Origin: Bacilli bacterium | GTDB lineage: Bacteria > Bacillota_I > Bacilli_A > RF39 > UBA660 | Assembly: GCA_047971315.1 (NCBI GenBank) | Contig: JBKDZP010000008.1 | Coordinates: 65,225-129,224 of the forward strand | DNA: 64,000 nt | Direction: 5' to 3' | Position numbers and translations under genes: made by a program | Shown here: piece after piece, positions 1-10,630 of the stretch | Layout: each line of letters begins with the position of its first letter | Position numbering within the stretch: position 1 is the first letter of the stretch | The notes under the pieces: model-generated | Told to the model about the DNA's origin: nothing | What the model saw: the letters and a program-made list of their open reading frames with translations, nothing else | Databases searched by the model: none

Positions 1-900
1 AAGCAAACTTAAATCTTTATTTGGAATTATTAAATCCTCATCTAATTTATATTTTAAACCAAGACCCTTACAATCATTACATGCTCCAAAAGGTGCATTA
101 AAAGAAAACATTCTTGGTTCTAATTCTGGTAGTGAAAAATCACATTCAGGACATGCATAGGTTTCACTCATTACAAATTCATTTGATCCAATAACATCTA
201 TCACTACTTTTCCATTACTCAATTTAGAAGCAATTTCTATTGATTCATATAGTCTACTTCTAATATCATCTTTCATTATTAATCTATCAATTACAACAAG
301 TATTTTATGTTTAATATTCTTTTCTAAATTTATTTCATCATTTAAATCATATTCTAAATCATCTATTTTTACTCTAATATATCCTTCTTTTTTTAATTTT
401 TCAAGTAAATCTTTATGAGTTCCTTTTTCACCATAAATAACTGGACTCATGACTTTAAATTTTGTTCCAATTTCAAATTTTAAAACTTGGTTAGTCATCT
501 CTTCTACACTTTGACTTGATATTGGTTTATGATGATTTGGACAAAAAGGTATACCGATTCTTGCATATAATAATCGTAAATAATCATAAATTTCAGTAAC
601 TGTTCCAACTGTACTTCGAGGATTTTTATTAGTAGTTTTTTGATCAATACTAATAGCTGGACTTAAACCTTCTATACTATCAACATCTGGCTTTTCACTA
701 CCACCTAAAAATTGTCTAGCATAAGCACTAAGACTTTCAACATATCTTCTTTGTCCTTCAGCATAAATTGTATCAAATGCCAAACTACTTTTCCCACTTC
801 CACTGACACCAGTCATTACAATTAATTTATTTTTAGGTAATTCAATCGAAACATTTTTTAAATTATTTTCTCTTGCACCTTTTACTATAATTTTATCCAT
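1..900 (-). CDS. uvrA: Excinuclease ABC subunit A (UvrA), N-terminal portion; gene continues beyond window start
   Basis: My own translation of the minus strand from the ATG at 900 gives [67 protein letters not shown]..., the canonical UvrA N-terminus with Walker A. The ORF is open through position 1. It is not in the supplied ORF track because it is truncated by the window edge. Confidence 0.85.
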   Translation of the reverse strand, partial: [300 protein letters not shown]

Positions 901-1081
901 TGTTACACCTCTTTATGTTATTAATTATATTTGTCTTTCTATACAAAATTATAGCACATTTTTCTAAAACAAACAAAGGTTTGTTGCATTTTTAATTAAT
1001 TTATTTAAATAAAGATTAAAACTAATAAAAAATTATTAGTTTACAAAAAAAATAACTATTTAAGTTAATTTTTTTTATTAT

Positions 1082-2152
1082 TTAAAATACTCTTTTTCTT
1101 AAGATTGGAGGTAAATCACTATCGTCATTATCATCATCATCTTCAATATTTTTCTTTATATCATTTAATCTTGAATAAGAAGTTGTTTGGGAACTTGTTG
1201 TATTGCCTTTTTCAAATCCTGTTGCGATTACGGTAACAATTACTTCATCAGTAAAGTTTTCATTAATTACAGCCCCAAATATTGTATTGATATCTGTATT
1301 AGCAGATGCTCTAATTACTTCCGCTGCTTCCTCTACTTCAAATAATGTTAAGCTAGGTCCACCTGTTACATTTATAATAGCATCAGTTGCTCCACTTATA
1401 CTAGTTTCTAATAATGGGCTTGATACAGCTTCTTTAGCAGCATCGCTAGCTCTATTATCACCTACACCCATTCCAATACCAATTAAAGCATTTCCACGTT
1501 TTTCCATTACTGCTTTTACATCAGCAAAATCTAAATTAATTAGCCCAGCTACAGCAATTAAATCAGAAATTGATTGTACACCACGTCTTAAAACATTATC
1601 AACTTCTTTAAATGAATCTAAAAGTGGCGTTGTTTTATCAATAATTTCACGTAATCTGTCATTTGGAATTACTATTAATGTATCAACATGTTTTTTTAGT
1701 TCTTCTAAACCATTTAAAGCTTGTTCCATTCTTTTTTTACCTTCAAATGAAAATGGTTTTGTAACAATACCTACTGTTAGAGCTCCCATACCTTGAGCAA
1801 TATCAGCAACTACTGGAGCAGCTCCAGTACCAGTTCCACCACCCATACCACAAGTAATAAATACCATGTCAGCACCTTTTAAGGCAGTTTCTATTTCATT
1901 TCGTGATTCTAAAGCAGATTCTTTACCAACTTCTGGTTTTCCACCAGCACCTAGACCACTTGTTAATTCTGTTCCAATTTGTATTTTAACTGGTGCTTTA
2001 GAATTATTTAAAACTTGTAAATCTGTGTTGGCTACTATAAAGTCTACACCTTGTACACCTGATTCTATCATTCGGTTAACAGCGTTATTTCCTCCACCAC
2101 CAACTCCAATTACTTTTATTTTTGCTAATTGATCTATTTCTAATCCAAACAT
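1082..2152 (-). CDS. ftsZ: Cell division GTPase FtsZ
   Basis: [19 protein letters not shown] and the GGGTGTG tubulin signature; 356 aa; sits downstream of ftsA. Confidence 0.95.
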   Translation of the reverse strand: MFGLEIDQLAKIKVIGVGGGGNNAVNRMIESGVQGVDFIVANTDLQVLNNSKAPVKIQIGTELTSGLGAGGKPEVGKESALESRNEIETALKGADMVFITCGMGGGTGTGAAPVVADIAQGMGALTVGIVTKPFSFEGKKRMEQALNGLEELKKHVDTLIVIPNDRLREIIDKTTPLLDSFKEVDNVLRRGVQSISDLIAVAGLINLDFADVKAVMEKRGNALIGIGMGVGDNRASDAAKEAVSSPLLETSISGATDAIINVTGGPSLTLFEVEEAAEVIRASANTDINTIFGAVINENFTDEVIVTVIATGFEKGNTTSSQTTSYSRLNDIKKNIEDDDDNDDSDLPPILRKRVF

Positions 2153-2163
2153 AATAATCCTCC

Positions 2164-3408
2164 CTATTCGTTGAAAAAGTATCCAAATACTTTACCTAAC
2201 ATTGATTCGTTTGATATATTTAACAAACTTCTTTTGCTTGAAACTAATTCTTCTGTATCATTTTTACTAATCATAGAATAAGTTTTTCCTTTTAATTTCA
2301 ATTTATTTATAAAATAAACAATATTTCCTACAGCAGTTGAATATTTATTATGACGTAAACCTACCAGATGAATTGTTCCAATTTTAGTATTTTTTCCTAA
2401 AATTTCTTCAGCAATTTTTGAAAAATTTGTCATATTACTTGTTCCACCTGTAATAAGTATATAATCAACTTCATGATTTGTCAAAACATTTATCTCTTTT
2501 CTAGCTAAAACTAGTATTTCTTCTAATCTAGCCATTACAACTTCTGATACTTCATATTGATTAATTTTAACTACTTCACCATTTTTATTAGTTATATCAT
2601 AAGTATCATTTACACTTGCAGATTTTTTATGAGCAAGAGCAAATTTTTCTTTAATTTTACTAGCATCACTACTATTAATCTTATAAATATAAGAAATATC
2701 ACTAGTTATATTTTTACCGCCTCTATCAATTACTGAGGTTTTAACTATTATTCCCTTATTATAAAGTGAAATAGATGTTGTTTCATGACCAATATTAATT
2801 ATTGCACCAACTTTATCTTTAACATCTTTATCTTTAACAGCATTCATATCACCAATACTATTTAGTGAAATATCAACTACTTCTAAACCACAACTTTCAA
2901 TAACACTTATCACTGATGCTAGATTTTTTCTAGGTGAAGTAGCAATTACTGCTCTTGTTGTTAAAACATCTCCTTTTAAACCTTTTGGATCTTTTACACT
3001 ACTATTTTCATCTACTGTAAAATCCACTGGTAGTATAGTCACAACTTCTTTACCTTTAGATTTTTTTGTTTTTGCAGCGTTCGATAAAACTGTAGAAATC
3101 TCACTACCATCAATTTCTTTTTCACTACTAAGTTCTAACTGTCCTTTAATCATAGCAAAATCAACATTGTATCCAGGTATTGATGTTATAATTTTTTTAA
3201 TTTTAATACCTAACATTGATTCTACTTCATTCAAAGCTTGTTTTAATGAGTCTACAGCTTCTTGGCCATCCACAATTAATCCTTTTTTAACACCTCTTGA
3301 TTTAACAGAAGATGCAGCTAGCAAATTTAACTTATTATTAAAAATTTCACAAACTACTACTTTTACAGTATCAGAGCCGATATCAATACTTGTATATACA
3401 TGCTTCAT
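2164..3408 (-). CDS. ftsA: Cell division protein FtsA (actin-like ATPase)
   Basis: 414 aa; N-terminus [16 protein letters not shown]; located immediately upstream of ftsZ on the same strand. Confidence 0.9.
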   Translation of the reverse strand: MKHVYTSIDIGSDTVKVVVCEIFNNKLNLLAASSVKSRGVKKGLIVDGQEAVDSLKQALNEVESMLGIKIKKIITSIPGYNVDFAMIKGQLELSSEKEIDGSEISTVLSNAAKTKKSKGKEVVTILPVDFTVDENSSVKDPKGLKGDVLTTRAVIATSPRKNLASVISVIESCGLEVVDISLNSIGDMNAVKDKDVKDKVGAIINIGHETTSISLYNKGIIVKTSVIDRGGKNITSDISYIYKINSSDASKIKEKFALAHKKSASVNDTYDITNKNGEVVKINQYEVSEVVMARLEEILVLARKEINVLTNHEVDYILITGGTSNMTNFSKIAEEILGKNTKIGTIHLVGLRHNKYSTAVGNIVYFINKLKLKGKTYSMISKNDTEELVSSKRSLLNISNESMLGKVFGYFFNE

Positions 3409-3623
3409 ACGTTCATCCCCTATAATCTATGTATAATTATACTATATTTTTTCAAAAAGTAAAAGAAAAAAAGAAAAAAATTTCTAAAAAGAACTGTTTT
3501 TTTATTTTAAGTATTTATATTTACTAGATTGGATTTATAAAATTAATTATTAATCAATATATTTACTTCTTTAAAATAAAAAGTAAAATTATTTTTTTAT
3601 TTATTAAAAATACCTTTAAGAAA

Positions 3624-4418
3624 TTATTCTGTCAAAATTTTAAAATAGTCTCCAGAATCTAAGTACAATATCCCTTTTTTAGTATCAAAGTTTTTTATAA
3701 TATCAATATAGTTATTAATACTTGTCCAAGTTTCAAGAGTTAAAAAGGCATAGTTACCATCATTCATAGTTAATAGAAATCTTTCATCGTCAACTGAATT
3801 TGGATCATACTTTATCTCAGAAATTCTTCTTAGAATATCAAGTTCAACTTCTAACATTCTATTTATAAATTTGTCATATAAGGTATCTGGTATATAATTT
3901 ACTAAAATTGGTGTTTTTAAAATCTCTTCTATTTCTGTTTTATCTTTTAATACAGTTTTAGAAGTAATACTATTATAAAATAATGGAGTATTTTCTTCAA
4001 TTTCAATAAAAACTTGTGAAAAGAATTTTTTTTTGACTGTTGCATTTATAATAAATTTATTTTTTTCTAATTTTTTTTCTAGTTTATTACTAGTAAAACT
4101 AAATATTGATGGATAATATTCAATATTAGCTATTTCTATTATATTTTGATCACTTAATAATTTATTGCCTGATACAATTATATTTTTTACTGGAAATTGT
4201 AATATTTTAAAAATTAAGAATGAAATTAGAAACAAAACTATTAGAACAAGAAAAAGAAATCGAAAATGTATTTTTCTAGTTTTAACCTTTTTTACATTTT
4301 TAATATAAACATTTTTTTGTCGTTTAGGTTTAATTTTTTTTTTATTTTTTGATGCAACTGTATTTTTTTTATCTGATATTATTATATTCTTTTTTTCTGG
4401 AAATCCCATCTTGCTCAT
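3624..4418 (-). CDS. FtsQ/DivIB-type cell division protein (basic N-terminal tail, single TM, POTRA-like region)
   Basis: 264 aa; Lys-rich N-terminus, hydrophobic segment FLFLVLIVLFLISFLIF, periplasmic region; sits between murB and ftsA as in Firmicute dcw clusters. Confidence 0.6.
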   Translation of the reverse strand: MSKMGFPEKKNIIISDKKNTVASKNKKKIKPKRQKNVYIKNVKKVKTRKIHFRFLFLVLIVLFLISFLIFKILQFPVKNIIVSGNKLLSDQNIIEIANIEYYPSIFSFTSNKLEKKLEKNKFIINATVKKKFFSQVFIEIEENTPLFYNSITSKTVLKDKTEIEEILKTPILVNYIPDTLYDKFINRMLEVELDILRRISEIKYDPNSVDDERFLLTMNDGNYAFLTLETWTSINNYIDIIKNFDTKKGILYLDSGDYFKILTE

Positions 4419-4428
4419 ACAATCCCTC

Positions 4429-5340
4429 TTACTCTACAATTTCTTGTTCTAATATTAAATCTATATCAAATTTTTCTTTTATTGTATTTTTAATTTCATT
4501 TATTAAATCGATTACATCTTCACCTGTTGCATTATTTTCATTAACTATAAAATTAGCATGTTTATCACTTACTTTTGCTCCACCTATTTGTTTTCCTTTT
4601 AAATGTGCATCATCAATTAATTTCCAAGCAGGAACGTCCAATGTATTTCTAAATACACTTCCAGCACTCTTACAATCAATTGGTTGGGTTTCTTTTCTTC
4701 TAATTCTTCGATCTTCAATTACTTCCATTATTTTTATTACATCACCAAATTTTAATTCAATTAAAGTTGATAATATTATATAATTTGGATTTTCTTTAAA
4801 AAATGAAGTTCTATAATGAAATTTTGCATCTTTATTTTCAATGATTTTAATTTTATAATTTGAATCTAATACAGTTATTTTTTTTACAATATATCCCATA
4901 TCACTTTGGTATGCTCCAGCATTGTTAAAAATAGCACCACCAACTGTACCAGGAATACCAGTTGCAAATTCTAGACCAGTTAATCCAAGTTTAGACATTT
5001 TAATTGCTAGTTTCATTAAAGAATAACCACTACCTACTTCAATAATATTTTCTTTCATATTTAGTTCATTTAGATAATCTAATTTAATTAAAACACCTTC
5101 ATAATTGGATTTAAATATTAAATTTGAACCTCCACCAATTATTTTATATTTTATATTAATTTTTTTTAAATATTTTAATAATTTAATTAGTTTTTTTGTA
5201 TTAAGAGGATTTACTAATATATTAGCAGTATTTGAAAATGAATAAGTTGTATATTTTTTTAATGATACATTTTCTTCTATTATTCCAATTTGCATTTTTT
5301 TTAATTCGGTAATTAATGTTTTGTAATTTAAATCAGTCAT
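4429..5340 (-). CDS. murB: UDP-N-acetylenolpyruvoylglucosamine reductase MurB
   Basis: 303 aa; FAD-binding region GGGSNLIF...; C-terminal GSVFRNT...AGSVFRNP-like motif and KxSxKHANFIVN; located between murG and ftsQ. Confidence 0.85.
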   Translation of the reverse strand: MTDLNYKTLITELKKMQIGIIEENVSLKKYTTYSFSNTANILVNPLNTKKLIKLLKYLKKINIKYKIIGGGSNLIFKSNYEGVLIKLDYLNELNMKENIIEVGSGYSLMKLAIKMSKLGLTGLEFATGIPGTVGGAIFNNAGAYQSDMGYIVKKITVLDSNYKIKIIENKDAKFHYRTSFFKENPNYIILSTLIELKFGDVIKIMEVIEDRRIRRKETQPIDCKSAGSVFRNTLDVPAWKLIDDAHLKGKQIGGAKVSDKHANFIVNENNATGEDVIDLINEIKNTIKEKFDIDLILEQEIVE

Positions 5341-6427
5341 TTTTTTTCACCATTTCTTTTAATATTTCATAAATTTTTAAAGCACTATCTTTTACTTCTA
5401 ATTCTTTTAAATTTTTTTTCATTTTACAAATTCTTTTCTCATCATTTATTAAATTATCAATAGTAGTAACTAATATATCTCCAATTAAATCTTTTTCTTC
5501 AATTAGTATAGCTGATTCTTTTTTTACTAGATCTAATGCATTTTTGTATTGATGATTATTAGTAACATAAGGACTTGGTATTAAAATTGATGGTTTATTT
5601 AATGCTATAATCTCACTTAAGGTAGATGCCCCACACCTAGTTATTACTATGTCAGCATTTTTCATCATTCTAGTTTGTGATTCTATATAAGGAATTATAA
5701 AAACATTAATTGGAAATTTGTTACTACTTACTTCTTTAAATGTTTCTTTGCCTGTAACAAACATTACTTCATAGTCTTTTCCTTTAAATAAGTTCATTGT
5801 ATTAATTAATATTTTACTCATTTTAGTAGAACCTAACGAACCCATTACAATATAAACTAATTTTTTATCTTTTGATAATCCATATTTAGTTTTATCTAAA
5901 ATTGATTGTGTAATAGCATCTTCACTAACTGGATTTCCTGTAAATACTGTTTTATACGTTGGAAATTCATTTAATGATGACTTAAAAGATATTCCTATTT
6001 TATCCGTATATTTAGATAAAAACAAATTAGTAGCCCCTGGAACACTATTTTGTTCATGAATAAATGTTTTAAAGCCGAGTTTTTTTGCACCATAAATAAC
6101 TGGAGCAGTTACATATCCACCAACTCCTATTACAACATCTGGATTAAAATCTTTAATTATTTTTTTACTTTTTTTATAACTACTAAAAATACATTTTATT
6201 GTCTTAAAATTTTTAAATATATTTTTACGATTAAATCCATAAATTTCTAAACTTTCAAAAGGAATATTTTTTTTAGGTATTATGTCTTTTTCCATTCTAT
6301 TATGAGTTCCTATATATAAAAATTCACTATCTGGTTCCATTTCTTTTATCTTATTTATGATTGCTAGAGCAGGATATATATGTCCACCTGTTCCACCAGC
6401 ACTTATTATTACTCTCATATATTTCAC
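5333..6427 (-). CDS. murG: Undecaprenyl-PP-MurNAc-pentapeptide GlcNAc transferase MurG
   Basis: 364 aa; N-terminal glycine-rich loop SAGGTGGHIYPALAI typical of MurG (GT28); overlaps murB start by 8 nt. Confidence 0.9.
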   Translation of the reverse strand: MKYMRVIISAGGTGGHIYPALAIINKIKEMEPDSEFLYIGTHNRMEKDIIPKKNIPFESLEIYGFNRKNIFKNFKTIKCIFSSYKKSKKIIKDFNPDVVIGVGGYVTAPVIYGAKKLGFKTFIHEQNSVPGATNLFLSKYTDKIGISFKSSLNEFPTYKTVFTGNPVSEDAITQSILDKTKYGLSKDKKLVYIVMGSLGSTKMSKILINTMNLFKGKDYEVMFVTGKETFKEVSSNKFPINVFIIPYIESQTRMMKNADIVITRCGASTLSEIIALNKPSILIPSPYVTNNHQYKNALDLVKKESAILIEEKDLIGDILVTTIDNLINDEKRICKMKKNLKELEVKDSALKIYEILKEMVKKND

Positions 6428-6475
6428 ATCCTAACTAATTATATCAAATTTTATGCATAATTAAAAGAATTTAGA

Positions 6476-6511
6476 ATTTATAAATAAAAGTTAAGCATTT
6501 AAGCTTAACTT
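6476..6511 (-). terminator. Rho-independent terminator directly after the pilin-like gene and before murG
   Basis: Perfect 9-bp stem aagttaagc / gcttaactt (6488-6511) immediately 3' of the stop codon of 6514..8211. It is followed on the minus strand by a T-run (plus 6478-6487 tataaataaa). Confidence 0.5.
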
Positions 6512-6513
6512 CT

Positions 6514-8211
6514 TTAATTAGATACAAATGTATCGGTTGCCACACTACCAATAGTAATAGTTCCAGCACCTCCTGCTCCACCATTTGCACTTTCTCCTGA
6601 TCTTGTTGCAGTACCACCTGCTCCAGCAGATGCTGTAATTGTACCAGTAGTAATACTATTAAAATAAAATATATTTACAGAACCACCGCCTGAACCTCCG
6701 CCGCCAGTACGATAAGCATTACCGCCAGCTGTACCATTTGAAGATATTGTCCCAGCGTTAATAATATTTGTGGCACTTATAATAACTAAACCACCAGTCC
6801 CAGCACCACCAGTTGAACCTCCGTTTGCTCCAGCTCCTCCAGGATTTCCTGAGCCACCACCGCAACTCCAAGAATAAATTGAATTACCTTTTCCAATTCC
6901 TCCAGCTCCACCATTTGATGATCCAGAACCAGCCGTTGCACCATAGTAAGCTCCTCCACCTCCAGTTCCACCAGAATATGATGTTCCAGCCGCTCCTGCT
7001 CCTGATGTAGTTGATTTACTAGCAGCGATAGTTCCTCCAGAACCCCCGCCTCCAGTACCTCTTAAAGTTCCAGCGACACCTGCATTTCCTACATATTTAG
7101 TTGAAATCGAACCAGAACCAGTCCTTGCTGCTGCACCATTACTTCCAATAGCAGGTATATATTCATATGTTTCATTTTCATTTTGCCACAAATATACAAC
7201 TTCTCCTACTGCTTTTGCTCCTTTACCAGTACCAGTTATAGTACCTTTATTAGTAATAGTACCTGTAACATATAATAAAAAACCTTTAGAACCACCATAA
7301 CTTCCACTATATGAAGTGACTGTCACACCTTGATTTATAGTTAAATCACCATTTACTTTTACAACAATCATATTATTAGCATCTGTACTAGCAGTACCAA
7401 CATCTGCATCATTACCAAATGTCATATTTGTAGTCCAAATTTGATCACTATCGTATACATAATAATGTATCGAATAATCTTTTTCATTAATTGTTAAAGT
7501 TTGAAATGAATCATTTTGATAAGTTGCCTTTTTTATTTTATATATTAAACTATCATTTTTTGAAATAACGCTTAAATTAAAATTTTTATTATACTTACCT
7601 GATGTTACACTTATAGTTATAGTACCTTCTTTTTTTGTAGTTATTAATCCAGTATCATCTACTTCAGCTACTGTTTCATCACTACTTTCATAAATAACAG
7701 TCCCATTTGATGGTTCAACTGTCACATTTATTTTATGTGTTTCTTCAACAGATAATATATCAAGTTCTTCTACTTCTAATGATGTAACAACAACAAATTC
7801 ACAATAATTATTGTCTGATTGTGTCACTTCTAAACCATCATAATATATATTAATTCCATTTATACAAAATCCTGCATTTTTAATTTTACCATTTTCAAAT
7901 TGAACAGTTAAAAATGTTGCCTCTTCCCCTTTTATTTTAATTTTAGATATTTCTATATCATCATCTGGGTCTCCAGATGTAATATTATCATCACTTGGAA
8001 TAACAAATTTTTCTGTTGCTAAATCAGCTAGTACTATTGAATTATTAATTGAATTAATATATCCATATCCTGAATCAATAGCAGCACCAATTTTTGCTTT
8101 TTGAATAACTCCTAAAATTACTGGAGTTGCAATTAATATAATTATCGCTAAAATAACTATTACTGCCAATAATTCTATTAATGTAAAACCATACTTTTTC
8201 AAAATCTTCAC
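6514..8211 (-). CDS. Type-IV-pilin-like (class III signal peptide) modular surface protein: prepilin N-terminus + Ig-like (Big_2-like) domain + long glycine-rich repeat domain
   Basis: N-terminus (GTG start) KKYGFTLIELLAVIVILAIIILIA = prepilin cleavage/methylation motif (G-1, F+1, E+5). The mid region has Ig-like beta-strand periodicity. The C-terminal ~200 aa are GGxG-rich repeats (GGGGSGGT..., GGAGGIGKG..., GGGGSGGGS...), which also generate spurious antisense ORFs. Confidence 0.7.
   Translation of the reverse strand: MKILKKYGFTLIELLAVIVILAIIILIATPVILGVIQKAKIGAAIDSGYGYINSINNSIVLADLATEKFVIPSDDNITSGDPDDDIEISKIKIKGEEATFLTVQFENGKIKNAGFCINGINIYYDGLEVTQSDNNYCEFVVVTSLEVEELDILSVEETHKINVTVEPSNGTVIYESSDETVAEVDDTGLITTKKEGTITISVTSGKYNKNFNLSVISKNDSLIYKIKKATYQNDSFQTLTINEKDYSIHYYVYDSDQIWTTNMTFGNDADVGTASTDANNMIVVKVNGDLTINQGVTVTSYSGSYGGSKGFLLYVTGTITNKGTITGTGKGAKAVGEVVYLWQNENETYEYIPAIGSNGAAARTGSGSISTKYVGNAGVAGTLRGTGGGGSGGTIAASKSTTSGAGAAGTSYSGGTGGGGAYYGATAGSGSSNGGAGGIGKGNSIYSWSCGGGSGNPGGAGANGGSTGGAGTGGLVIISATNIINAGTISSNGTAGGNAYRTGGGGSGGGSVNIFYFNSITTGTITASAGAGGTATRSGESANGGAGGAGTITIGSVATDTFVSN
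6540..7100 (-). repeat. Low-complexity Gly/Ala/Thr/Ser codon repeat region inside the pilin-like CDS
   Basis: Reiterated ggtgg/ccacc-rich codons are visible in the sequence. They create the overlapping spurious ORFs 6786..6971 (-) and 6813..7010 (+). Confidence 0.6.
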
Positions 8212-8270
8212 CTCTAGTTTAATTTTACCATATTATGTAATTAGTTTCAATCTTTTAAAATTTGATATTT

Positions 8271-9218
8271 TTAATTTTTAAAATCTATTTTAGTTATCAG
8301 TTTATTGCCTCTAAATATCATATAAATTGCTAGAAGAATAACTAATATAGACACTACACTACCTGTTATCATATTCATCTGCATATTAGATGTATTTCTC
8401 GTTCCAAAAACATATAACATTGCTGTTTGAAGAGTAAAAACTGACATAATAGAACCTACTAAATTCAAATTTTTTGCAGCTAATAAAATTTGATTATCAA
8501 CTTTTCTAAAACGATATACTTCTATAATCGCACTTATAGTAATATAAAATGTAAAAATAGCTGATGCATATATTAAAAGCCCAGAATATACATATGTTTC
8601 ATTTTTATAAATCATTTGAATTATCATACCAATCATTGAAATATTTAATATAAGTATCATTATCCCTGTATTTTTATATGTTTTATATTGTGTTAATCTT
8701 TTATCAATACCTTCTTTACTTAAATTATAATTTTTTATTAAAATAAATCTGATAAATGAAAAAATTAAATAATAAATTCCAATAGCAATAAACCATTTAG
8801 ATTTTACTGAATATCCTGTAATTATTCTAAATAATGCATAAATTAAATTTATAAATAATCCAGAATATAAAGATACTAAAACACGGTAATATTTATCTTC
8901 CCAATATCTTTTGGTGTATATATTTTTAAACATTAATTTTTTAAATATTTTAATAATTTTTAAATTTTCATTACTAATATAATAAATATAATTATTTCTA
9001 ATTTTTGGTAAAGATATACACAATACTATTAAAGCATAAAAAGATAAGATATATGAAATATATGATAAAATACTTTCAATTTTTAAATTGTTTAAAGAAT
9101 ATATTACAAGAGGAAATGAAATAAAACAAATCAAAAATACATATTTAAGTGGTAAAACAAATATCTTATTTATTACTTTTTTATAATGTTTCATATCAAC
9201 CTCCATACAAATTATCAT
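8271..9218 (-). CDS. Polytopic integral membrane protein of unknown function (about 8 TM segments)
   Basis: 315 aa, almost entirely hydrophobic helices separated by short K/R/N loops; no recognisable catalytic motif; flanked by the two pilin-like genes. Confidence 0.5.
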   Translation of the reverse strand: MIICMEVDMKHYKKVINKIFVLPLKYVFLICFISFPLVIYSLNNLKIESILSYISYILSFYALIVLCISLPKIRNNYIYYISNENLKIIKIFKKLMFKNIYTKRYWEDKYYRVLVSLYSGLFINLIYALFRIITGYSVKSKWFIAIGIYYLIFSFIRFILIKNYNLSKEGIDKRLTQYKTYKNTGIMILILNISMIGMIIQMIYKNETYVYSGLLIYASAIFTFYITISAIIEVYRFRKVDNQILLAAKNLNLVGSIMSVFTLQTAMLYVFGTRNTSNMQMNMITGSVVSILVILLAIYMIFRGNKLITKIDFKN

Positions 9219-9428
9219 AAAATTTTTTTAATCTATTTTCTAATTAAACTTAACATAATATTTAAAATCATTTTTATTATTAGCATAAAATGTTTTTTAA
9301 ATATCTCGTGCTTTAATATCTTAAAGTTGACAAATACAATATCTATTATCATCATTTTATTTTACTTAATTTAAATTAAAGTAAAAGGGTAAGACTAAAA
9401 TTTTAATGATTTTTGCAGCCATCAAATT

Positions 9429-10259
9429 TTAGTCTACGGCCAGAACTAGGCGGGAACCAACGCCAGCGCCCGCAGCTCCTATGCCCCTACCGAAGTAGAA
9501 CTGACTTGCAAGAACTCCATTGTAGTAATAGCCGCCTCGAAGGAACCAAGGGCCAGAAGAGTCAACGAAGTACGAATAGTCAGCATACCAGCTGTTATGA
9601 TATCTATTACTTCCATCTCCATCGGCATATCTATAAAATGGTCCCATTTCTCCGGTTGCATCACCTAAGATTCTATATATGTTGTAGATGGTGAATCTAT
9701 TAATATTACAGCATTTGCCATACTTTACTTGTATAGTTATACCATTCTGTATTAGTATCTGCATATGTTACATCATCGTTATCTGCTATTGTTACTGGTA
9801 ACATATTTGTACCTAATACATGGTCTGCCCCATTTGGTATACTATTTACATATGTCATATCATCACAATTTGTTTATACTACTTCTGCCTTTTTACCATC
9901 ATAACTAATTTTATAATTATTAATACACAATGTAACACTACTAACTGCTCCATTCGAAGATTTTGTTACATTACCTTTTGTTGGTCATCTCCTTTAAATG
10001 ATACTGTATCATTTAATTCAGTTGCATCGTAATTACCAAATAATAATTCATTATTACTATCTAACTGTGAAACCATTGCATACTTTACTATTGCATCTAC
10101 ATATCCTAGTGTACTTGATTCTGCTGCTCCTTGTTTAGCAGTTTCTATTACTCCTAAAATCATTGGGTTTGAAATTAATGCTATTACTGCAAGTATTACT
10201 ATAACAGTTAATAACTCTATTAATGTAAAACCTTGTTGTTTAAAATTTGAATACTTTAT
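9429..10259 (-). pseudogene. Degraded paralogue of the type-IV-pilin-like gene (start-codon loss plus multiple frameshifts)
   Basis: My translation from 10259 gives (I)KYSNFKQQGFTLIELLTVIVILAVIALISNPMILGVIETAKQGAA..., a near-copy of the N-terminus of 6514..8211. The expected ATG is ATA (10257-10259), with an intact GGAG RBS 7 nt upstream. The reading frame then breaks at least three times. The fragments are ...SFKGDDQQKVM* / KSSNGAVSSVTLCINNYKISYDGKKAEVV* / TNCDDMTYVNSIPNGADHVLGTNMLPVT...* / a final 111-aa frame. Confidence 0.6.
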
Positions 10260-10602
10260 ATTACTACTCCAATCTTTATAAGATTATAATCTATTTTCAT
10301 CAATATTTCAATATCATTTCTTCACTTATTAGTGTTTTTGTAATTGTACTCATTCAATTCTACTTTATATGAAAAATGCTATTTATATAATTGCTTCTAT
10401 TGAATAAAATATACTTACTATTTATTTTTACAATAACTATATTATTATTTTAGTTAAAAATGATTTAGACAAAACAAGAAGAAAATCATGCTATAAATCC
10501 AATTCAAACATTGTAAAATAAAGATATTGAAAATATACCCATTTAAAAATGAGAATAATTTTAATAAAGAAAATATTGAATTATATAAAATTATTGCAAA
10601 AA

Positions 10603-10630
10603 AAGAGTTCTTTTTGAACTCCCCATACTA
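10603..10630 (-). terminator. Probable rho-independent terminator downstream of the Big_2/cadherin-like gene
   Basis: On the minus strand, ggagttcaaaaagaactc is followed by ttttttt (plus strand: aaaaaaagagttctttttgaactcc). Confidence 0.4.

Noticed and set aside
1203-2132. Plus-strand ORFs 1203..1796 and 1866..2132 (and similar antisense ORFs, e.g. 3167..3436, 4349..4783, 6813..7010, 14970..15314, 22263..22730, 32261..32770)
   Set aside because: They lie antisense inside well-supported conserved genes and have low-complexity, Ser/Ile/Phe-rich translations typical of AT-rich antisense frames. They are spurious.
9413-9700. GC-rich patch considered as a structured ncRNA (SRP/4.5S-like because of …cgaaggaaccaagggccag…)
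   Set aside because: The conserved SRP domain IV (GGUCCGGAAGGAAGCAGC) is not actually present. No tmRNA or RNase P hallmarks are present either. The patch is in frame with a long Gly/Tyr-rich ORF. I kept it only as a compositional anomaly, not as an RNA gene.
9820-10163. ORFs 9820..10032 (+) and 9966..10163 (-) as independent genes
   Set aside because: The minus-strand one is just one frame segment of the fragmented pilin paralogue. The plus-strand one is antisense junk.
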